Origin: the human T2T-CHM13v2.0 reference genome, Homo sapiens
Assembly: GCF_009914755.1 (NCBI RefSeq)
Contig: NC_060927.1
Length of the DNA: 64,000 bases
Strand: one strand, 5' to 3'
A program made the translations under genes and the position numbers. The notes beneath the pieces were generated by a model. The model did no database searches. It was not told the origin of the DNA and was given only the letters and a program-made list of their open reading frames with translations. Shown here piece by piece: positions 54,595 through 64,000 of this stretch (positions are counted from its first letter, which is position 1; every line of letters begins with the position of its first letter).

Positions 54595-55799
54595 CCCATA
54601 GTAGGGCAAGACATACAAACCCAAAGAAATGACTGTGTAACTGCCTGCGGGGGCCTCTGGGACACCATTACTTGGCCTGGTCAGTGCTGGTGGGCAGAGA
54701 GTGCAGAGGGAAGAAAAGAAGCCAGCCAAGGACAGACAAGCAAGGATTAAATCATTATGAACAAGCAAGATGAAAGTTTTAAGAAAAAAGTTGTATCTGC
54801 TTGGATTCCATTTGGCTGCAGGCAATAGAACTCTGCTCTTGCCACCAAGGAATCCAGCAGCAGGCAGTCTAATGCTGCTGTGACTCCCTGGGGATGCTTT
54901 CAAGGACTCAGGCTGTGTCCAGCTCCTCCAGCTTCAGCCTGTGATTTTCATCCTCATGGCTACAAGAAGCAGGTCAACCTCTGTATTCCAGGCACAAAGA
55001 AGGGGAAGGGCAAAAGGGAAAGGTAAATTGTTTCCTCCTATTGATCAGGAGTAAAAGAGCTTTCCTGGAATCCCCAGCCAGCAGACACTGCTTACATCTC
55101 ATTAACCAGATCTGAGACCCATCACCATCTCTGATCAAGGGATATGTCTAATCGGACACATTGCTGCCCCTCACTAATTGGGAATGTGTGGATGTGGAGC
55201 AGATGACTAGTAGTGTGTGCCAGAGAGTGAGCAGTCTAGGGTGTCAAAGGAAATGAGGGATAAGGAAAACAACAGAAGATGTTGGTCAGGTGAGTGGTAG
55301 GCTTCTAGTGCAGCCTCATACTGGAAGTTAGGAGTGATCAATGAGGGAACCAAGGCTGCAATATGAACTTGCCATTCTCGAAGCTTGGACCTATACATCT
55401 GGACATATAGGCCTACCCTGACCATGTACTGCACAGGGCATATCCTGGATGGCAGAGCCAAAAGTCTTCTCTGTTCCCCACCCAGTCATATTAGGACAGA
55501 GAGGAAATTCCCATCCACTGACAGAAAGCAGGAATGATGAAGAATGGAGCTGAGCTGAATATCACAGCCACACACCATGTCTCCAGGAGTCTAGATCCAG
55601 GAAAAAACTACAGAACTTTCCCCTTTCCCCAGAGAGAGTGTCCTTGTGGCTGCACTGCTGGCCTGAAGGGCTTCACCTTGGAGGTCATGAATGATAGTAA
55701 AAAGCAGATGGGTAAACCAAAGCAGAATCATTAAACAGAGGTCTTCAAATTCCCCTCAACCTCCTTGGCCTTCTCAGTCTCTTCTATCCAAAGCATTCA

Positions 55800-56097
<298 letters not shown>

Positions 56098-56809
56098 GAC
56101 TCATTTGGCCAGAATGAGGTCTGAAGCTGAGAGTCTGCCAACCCAGGCATGTGCTCCACGTGGCAAAGTTGGAGTTGTAAGGGCCACTGTGAGAGGCCTT
56201 CCCAAGGAAAGCAGATCTCTCAGCTCCTGTCTTGTTGCTGGGGCTAACTCCACAGCCACACAGTCTCATGCCCATCAATTCAAACAGCACTTGGATCTTC
56301 TGTCACCAGGGAGATGTGCTGCCTTAACTATCTCAAGTGTTTGTGCCTAGAAAAAAGAAAGTGCAGTTAGTGCTTTATTTTTCAAGAAATTGATGAAGGA
56401 ACATGAACAGGTAAATATGAACTGCTGGGAGATGTTCTTCTGATTCTTTTCACAAAGAAGGACAAAGGCTGGCTTCTATCCACACTCACCAGGGGAATGG
56501 ATTCAAAACTGAGATCTCATCAAGTAGTGGTTTGTTTGCACATCCTCGATTCATTCCATTGCCCCAGTGTTCACTGCACATCAACTAAGTTTGCTGTGTA
56601 CTTGACAATGTGCTAGGGACTTCCAGATGGAATTCAGTTATGAGACTTCATCTCAGAGGGGTTTCTTATGGAAGAACTCAAGAGACAAATCATTAATATT
56701 AGTGCTACCTTAGAGCCATGTAAGTCTTTAGTGTCCACAGAGTGTTTGCAGATCCATTACCCCATTCGCTCACCACCACAACCCTGTGAGATAGTCTGGA
56801 AAAACTACA

Positions 56810-57070
56810 TTGTGTGGTGGTTAAGAGCTCAGACTCTGGATCCAGTCTGCCTGTGTTCAAAGCCTGGCTCTGCCACTGAATAGCTGTGTGACCTTGAGCT
56901 GTTAACTTAACCTCTCTATGCCTCCATTCCCTCATCTATTAAAATGGGGTTAGGAACAGCTGCTATCTAATAAGATTGCTGGGAAGATTAAGTTAGTTAT
57001 TTCACATAAGGTATGTTGAACAATGCCTATTGGCACACAGCCAACCTTTGATATGTGTTAGTCACTACTA
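56810..57070 (+). mobile_element. MIR SINE
   Basis: gtggttaagagctcagactctgga...agctgtgtgaccttgagc...aaaatgggg. Confidence 0.85.
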
Positions 57071-57336
57071 CTCTCATTTTATATAGATACAGGGACTACC
57101 TGATGCTCACGTGTGGAATGTTAGATCTAAAGGAAACTTAGTTATCATCATTTATGGACAAGGAAATTGGGACACTCCGTTAATCAACAAAACAGTCCAG
57201 GCCAGTGCCATAATGGGTGACAAGCAATAGGCCTAGAAGCTTTCTGCCAGCCCTGATCGGGTGTACTGAAGTTCTGTTCAAGCCAAAAGGAAGCTACAGT
57301 ATACCTTCAAGTAGCAGGAGGGCTCTCAAAAGTACT

Positions 57337-57939
57337 TGTGATGGTTAAACTTATACATCAGCTTGGTTAGGTAGGCTATGAGGTCTAGTTTTTAGGTAAA
57401 ACACCAGTCTAGATGTTCCTGTGAAGATTCTTTATAGATGTGATTAACATTCAAATCAGTAGACTTTGAATAAAGCAAATTACCCTCTATAATATGGGTA
57501 AGCCTCATGCAATCAGTTGAAGGCTGTAACAACAAAGACTGAGTTTTCCCAAAGATGAAGGAGATTTCCTCAAGATTGAACCATAGACATCCTGCTTGAG
57601 TTTTCTGTGGGCTACCCTGAGGAATTTGGGCTCAAAACTGAAACATTAACTCTTGCCTCAATTTCCAGCTTTTAGGTCTACCCTACAGATTGCAGACTTG
57701 CCAGCCCCCACAATCACATTAGCCTATTCCTTAAAAAAAAGAAATAAATCTTATACATATCTATGTATATAAAAATATTATATATATATATACTATATAT
57801 GTAATACCACAGATATGTGCTATTGTACATACATAAGTGTGTGTGTCTATATTATATATATAGCGTGTGGCATGTGTGTGTCTGTGTGTGTGTGTGTGTA
57901 GTATTGGTTCTATTTTTCTGGAGAAATCTGACTAATAAA
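57337..57939 (+). mobile_element. MLT2 (ERVL) solo LTR with internal TA/TG low-complexity tract
   Basis: tgtgatggttaa start, aatcagtagactttgaataaagca, tattggttctatttttctggagaa...gactaata end. Confidence 0.85.
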
Positions 57940-60037
57940 TACCCTTCTTAGGGGGACAGAGCAGTTACCCTGTATGGTTATTTCTTATGCCTGGGATGAT
58001 ATGCCAGTGATGTCTGCTATTTATTTTGCAGCTCTTGCCACTGTTTAAGTACAATTAGCCACCTAAAAATGACAGTCAACCTCAAAATATGTACAAGATA
58101 CCCAAGATGTTCCCATCCTGGCTAGATCTCACAGGGGTCATGAAAGACTTGCAGAACATTAATTCACACCCCAGGTAAGTAGCAATGGCAGTGAGCACCA
58201 CAGTGAGAGTGGACATGCCCTGCTGTGCAGTGATGCTATACTGCTGGGGAAGGTCAGGGAAGGAACAACAGCCAGATGAGGCCCTCAAGGGAAAAGGATT
58301 TACAGTGTGCTTTGAAGGTCTAAGATTTGGACAAAAGCCGGGGTCTTATTTCAGTCTGGACCAGATTGGCCATGTGGAGATACAAATGATGTGAGTCCTA
58401 GACCAGGAGAAGCCAACCATGAAGTTTGCACTTTGTTCCACAGGCAAAAGGAAGACATTGTACATTTTGAAGAAATATTATGAAGGAGATTTCAACCAAG
58501 ATGAGTGTAGCAGCCATGTGCTACAAGTCTAGAAATAAGAGGCTCATCTCAGAAGGGGTGGACATGTGGTGTGAAGCAGTCAGACCCTGCAACCAAGCCC
58601 TAAGGAAAAATGGAGAGGAAGAAGGGCAGACAGTGGGTTGAGTTTAGGCACGTCATCATTGAAAGGCCAGAAGGATGTGCACAGGGAAGTGTCACCTGGA
58701 AATGCAGTTACTGGCAAGAAGTCAAGGCTAGAAATGTAAACTAAACTGTAAGGAAGTCATGTCTTAAGCCTTGAGAATGAATGGGAACAGAGAGTGCATT
58801 CAGAAAAGAGCAGACAACCTTGTTCAGACCCTTGAGTGACACTCAGACAGGGTGAGAAAAGGAAAAGAAGACAGAAAATATGCCCCAAGGGGAGACAAAA
58901 AAGGGCATTGTTGTGCTTCTGAAGCCGAGGAAGAGGAAGGGTACATGAAGGACAGATGGTAGATAATATCACACATACACATTATGGCTATGACCACTGG
59001 TCATTCATGAAGCACATTTGCATATTAATGGATGTGAGTGATACTGAAGTAAAGACACTTGTTTCTTCTGGTTTAGCACTACTTTTCCCAAGATCACTGG
59101 ACACAGTACTCCTCTTTCAGGACACTCAGAGCACACTCAGAGACACAGTCTAGCCCAACCTCAAATACCTGGTAGACCCTAGGTTCCAGGATGATGTCCC
59201 AGATTTCCCAATAATTAACGCAGCATTTTCCCAATACATCACACCGAATGCCTTGAACTCTACAGGGGAACAGCATTATATAAATCTAAACGTCGGGAAT
59301 GTTAAACATCCTAGACAGCTGGAGCTAGAAATCGCCATGAGGTCAGCCCACATCTGGTCTGTCTCAGAGCCTCCCCAAGCAGACTGCCCACCACCCCCAC
59401 CCACCCCCACTCCCACCCCAGCCCTCTCAGGAAGAAGAGCAAAGAGATAAATAACTCCTTGAGAACACTCTTCCTTTCTCCACCTTTGCTGTCTTTTTGC
59501 CTCTTCTCTCTCCCAGGGCTTTCCCTGATGAATCCACCATGTGCCTCAAATTATTTATTTCTCTTTCCAGAATTTCAACAACGGATGGATCAAAGTACCA
59601 CATTTCTTCACAGCAGACTCTTGAAATGCCAGAGGTCAAAATCATTACGTGCTGGGACAAAAGACAGGGTGAGGGGCTGGAGTGAAAGCCTTGGCCTGGA
59701 GGAGCTGTTTACCAGGGAACCCAGGCAAGCCGTGGGCGTGGGCTGTGGCCCTGCACTTTGATGGCTGGCTGGGTCTGGGTGGCCTGCACTCATTCGCCTC
59801 CTGTCTCACCCCACCACCACCCAAGATGAAGCCATCTTTTCTGGCTCCTCCTTCTTTTTGGTAGAAATGGTACCAGCTTGTGTGGTCTGGAGGGAAAGGA
59901 CTTAAGGGTATGAACCTCTCAGCAGCCATGATCCTTATAGGACTTAGTGAGCTATTTAGAGGTATCTGAGGGAATCAGAGCCTTGAGAGCCCAGTAGAGA
60001 CATCACTGTTGACTATTCAAAAAGGCATTATTTAGAG

Positions 60038-60258
60038 CAGGGTTCACAAGCTATGGCCTGTGGGCCAAATCTAGCTGGCCAACTGTTTCTGTAAATAAAG
60101 TTTTATTGGAACACAGTGTGCCCCTTTGTTTCCATATTGTCTATGGCTGTTTTTGCCCTACAACAGCAAAGTCGAGTAGTTGCAACAGAAACTACATGGT
60201 TCACGAAGCCTAACATATTTACTCTCTGGCCCTTTCCGGAAAAAGTTTAATGACCTCG
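60038..60258. mobile_element. MER58A element
   Basis: tatggcctgtgggccaaatct...gtaaataaagttttattggaacacag...ctggccctttcc. Confidence 0.85.
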
Positions 60259-60316
60259 ATTTAAAAGGTATGGCTTAGAATATGTCTGCTCTTCCTCTCC
60301 CTGCCCCCATTCCCAT

Positions 60317-60317
<1 letters not shown>

Positions 60318-60363
<46 letters not shown>
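60318..60363. repeat. (CA)n microsatellite
   Basis: Direct run. Confidence 0.95.
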
Positions 60364-60365
<2 letters not shown>

Positions 60366-63047
60366 CTGTCCTCCCATCTATGTGCCATGACTTATCTTTG
60401 CTTCTAGTCTGAGTCTCTCTCTGTACCTCCCACCCCTTGTATGTCCCTGTCAAGTCTTTACTTTTTCATCTCTGGCCCTTCCTGGGTTGATTTATCGCTA
60501 CTCCTCCCTGCTTCATCCATTTCCATTAATAACTGATTATATATAAACAAAGGGGTGTTGTTTTCTCATTTGTTGAACTTATTTAGAGACCTGTTCTAAT
60601 TATGAAAGTGAATGAATAGGAGCTTTGTATTCTCTGGGGGAAAAAAAGAAAGAAAATATAATTGTGCTTTAGTTCTGTAGTCCTCAGTTTTTTCCATTGT
60701 GGTTCAATGGCCCATGGTAGAAAAGGTTCCTCTTACACACATATCTCTATATTTTTAAAAACATCCTTAAAGAATGTCATTGTGCATACTCTTTAGTTCC
60801 AGTTACCTGAGAAACCGTAGACAGTGACCCCGAGAAATTCTAGCCCACATTTGTAATCCAAGTTAGGAGACATTAATTGGAAGCATGATTCTGTAATATC
60901 TTTGTCTGGGAGGGTTTCAGTCACTTGAGAGGTTTTCCACAACTGAGCAATTATGGGGTCACAGGAGAAATTCAGCAACAGTGGTTTCATTTATTACAGC
61001 ACTCATCACAGTCTAACTTATATGATAATTGTGAAGCTATGAGCAAATTGAGAACTGAGAGGATATCTTACTCATTTTCGTAACCATCACTCTCCCAACC
61101 TATCCAAGGACCTTGCTAAGTAGCTGAGACATAGTGATAATGAGCTACTGTTAATGAAAGTTGCTTCTTTGTGCCACAAATGTGTTAAGTGATTTACGTT
61201 CATTTTTCATTCCAACAACTACTTTGTGAAGCAGAAGTTATTAGTCTCATCTTACATACAAGGAAACTGAGGCTCAGAGAAATTAAGTGGCTTTCCCATC
61301 CCTTGTCCTGCTATGGCTACAGTCTCAGGGCCTGCTATCACAGGGGTCATCTCAATACTTGTTTTCTGGTTCCTAGGTCTGGATCTAATCTTGATGGCCT
61401 GACATTGACCCTGACTGTTACCCTCTAGTCTCTGGCCCAGCATTAGGTTTCCCTGCACTTCTCTCCCTCCTCACCCACTTGTCGCTCCCAGTCCTGGCTC
61501 CTAGGAGAGATGAATCCTTCTGGGTCAGCCAAGAAGAACTAGGAGAGTCTATCAGTCAATCCATAGACAGGCAGTAGGACCACAGTCCTCTTTCAACATT
61601 TCTAGGAAAAAGAAAAGGAGGAGCCAGAGTCTCAGCCCCTGCAAACTCATCAAGGGGTGCAGCCTTATGAGGATTTTTCTAGCCCAGCTGATAACAACCT
61701 GGCAAGTTGGGAATCAGAGGCTCCATTCTAATTGACCCGTCCTACTCTCTCCACCTCATTAGTTACCGTGCATGCTCAACCACCAAGCTCTCCATCCTCT
61801 ATATGAACACAGTCAAAATGATAAGGGCCCTACAAATGCCCTAGATATCTTCCTACTCCCATCTCAGTAGCTTTGCCCAAGCAAGGTCAGATGGAGTCCC
61901 AGGATGTCTACTGTTGGGAGCATACCATGCAGGGACCACACCAGCCCCCAGATGTGAGCAGCAGGTATTATGCCTGGAGGTACGAAGTCTCTCCACTGCT
62001 ACAGCCAACACTGGTACATGCCCAGCCTCCACAGTGTTCTTCCTCCCAAACTGGCAGAGAACTCTGACTGCTCTGCACACCTGCCATCCCCACGCCCAGA
62101 GAATCTGAAAATGGTTTATTGCTCTCATCAATCTGAATTCTTACATCTCAGTAGCTCATCTGAAGGTGGGGCTGCTGCCAGGGACAGGCACTCAGGGTTC
62201 TGGCTGCAGACACTGGCTTCCATCATCAAATGGATCTAACCCCACCCTGAGCAACCACCAGCCCGCCCGTCCTTCATCCTGCCCACTCTTTCTCTCCAGG
62301 AGAATCAGAGAAGCTGAAATTTGGAAGGAATTTATGTATCACCTAATTCTAGGGTTTTAAAAATAAGGGTCATGAATGGATTTCCAAGAATAGAAATGGA
62401 TTCATTTTCATGAATCTCCTAAAATTATATAAAGAAAGCCTACACACGCACACAGAGAATTATGTACTGTTCTTGGGTATGTTCATAGTTTTCAAAAGGT
62501 TTTCAGAGGGGTTTATAGCAAAAAAAAAAAAGAATTAAAAAGTTAAGAGCTAGTGATTGGTTTTGGAGATGCAAAAACAAGACACCCTCCCCACTCCCAC
62601 CACCAAATAAAAACATCTCAGGACTTATGCTTCACCAAAGTTCCTTAGCTGTCTTTCCTCTCCCTTTTTATTCCTCCCTTTGATGTCAAAAAGAGATGCA
62701 GCAGGGGGTATAACCTAATTAGAATATGGACAAAAGCTGTCCCTTTCTGACAGGAAGCTCCTGAATCCTAAAATATGCTCCCTTAGCCCATAGAAAGGCC
62801 TTTGTACTTTGGGGCTCAACTGGGAAGGACCCCTCATCCATCAGACCTGACTGGCCAGCATATTTTGTCCTCACTGCCCATCTCTCTTCTCCACATAAAT
62901 AACACCACCATTGGGAATCAGCACCGGGATGAGGGAAGGCATGAGAAAATAGAAAAAAGAGGGGAGAAGACTCTCCTCCCTCAAAGGAAAACAAGGCCAG
63001 AACACTGGGCTTCCATCTCAGAATGTCAATTCTGTCTTCCATTGGCC

Positions 63048-63566
63048 TTGAGTCAGAGCAGCCCTGCAATCACTCTTCTGGGCTGCAGCATCCCTGCTGG
63101 TACTCCCCTGGGCCAGACCAGGTCTTCTTCTCCTGGTACTGCCCTGGGCTGAAGCAGTTCCACAGTCGCATCTCGGGCTGAGGTGGTCCTACTAATGCTT
63201 CCCTGGGCAGGAGCAGTTCTTTGAGTTTTCCCCTGGTATGCAAATGTCCTGAAAATGCCCCCCACCCTGGGCTGCAGCAGTCCTTCTGGTGCTCCTATGA
63301 GGCAGACCAGTTCTTCTGGAGCTTCCCTGGACAACAGCAGTCCTCTTGATGTTCCTATGGAATGCAGCACTCTTGCTGATGCTCCCACAAGCAAGACCAG
63401 TTTTTGGGGTGCTCTCCAGGATGCAGTAGTTCTGCTGGTACACCCTGAAGTGCAGGCCCTGCTGGTGCCCCCATGGGCCAGAGAGTTTTCTGGTGCTATC
63501 CTGGGCTGCAGTGGTCCTACAATTCCTTTCTGAGCTGCAGTAGTCTGGCTGGTGCTTCCCTGGCTC
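63048..63566. repeat. Degenerate 30-bp tandem array, about 17 units
   Basis: Units resembling ctgggctgcagcagtcctgctggtgctccc at 63078, 63144, 63203, 63267, 63297, 63327, 63357, 63387, 63501. Confidence 0.85.
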
Positions 63567-63609
63567 ATAGTTTCACCCCCACCCTCAGCTCATGGCCCAT
63601 TGATGGTGC

Positions 63610-63907
63610 TTTTTTTTTGTTTGGGACAGGGACTTTCCCTCTCACCATCCAGACTGGAGTGAAGTAGCATGATCATAGCTCAGTGCAACCTCAAACTCCT
63701 GGCCTCAAGGGATCCTTCTGGCCTCAAGATTCTGAGTAGCTTGGACTACAGGTTCATGTCATCATGACAGGCTAATTTAAAAAAAAATGCAGAGACAGGG
63801 TCTTGCTATGCTTTCTAGGTTGGTCTGGAACTCCTGGCCTCAAGGGATCCTCCAGCCTTGTCCCCTCAAAGCACTGGGATTAAAGGTATGAGCCACCGCA
63901 CCTGCCA
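63610..63907 (-). mobile_element. AluJ SINE
   Basis: Antisense Alu with gatcatagctcagtgcaacctcaaactcctgg; flanks atggtgc(t/c)ttt. Confidence 0.9.
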
Positions 63908-64000
63908 TAATGGTGCCTTTGAAATTCACAGAGAAGATGTAAAAAAAGTTTCTTCAGAAAGTATACAATTTGGGAATCAGCAACTCTAAGCATCAAGTGG

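Noticed and set aside
61930-62313. Possible minus-strand exons (62145-62313 and one starting near 62104)
   Set aside because: All frames of the first contain stops, and the implied 40-nt intron is too short.
63048-63566. CRISPR-like interpretation of the 30-bp repeats
   Set aside because: Units are contiguous and degenerate with no unique spacers, no cas genes, and the context is primate DNA.

Overview
Primate (probably hominoid, human-like) genomic DNA dominated by transposable elements; no intact host protein-coding gene, RNA gene or CRISPR-type system is supported. The long ORFs are LINE-1 ORF1/ORF2 remnants. There are two same-orientation full-length L1s (L1PA2-like, 8502-14536; L1PA5-like, 28012-33942), a 5'-inverted L1PA fragment, a full THE1C provirus, a near-complete Tigger1, and many Alu, MIR, L2, MLT and MER elements. 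Four observations stand out. (1) The L1PA2-like element carries a ~390-bp 3' transduction of an LTR9-like LTR fragment with two octamer motifs, enclosed by a perfect 14-bp TSD. (2) The two L1s belong to different subfamilies yet share private mutations in patches, indicating ectopic gene conversion. (3) A ~195-bp local templated insertion inside the THE1C 5' LTR preserves the empty pre-insertion site of the L1PA5-like element. (4) A degenerate 30-bp array near 63.0-63.6 kb looks like a decayed coding repeat. Subfamily names come from recalled consensus features, not a database search.
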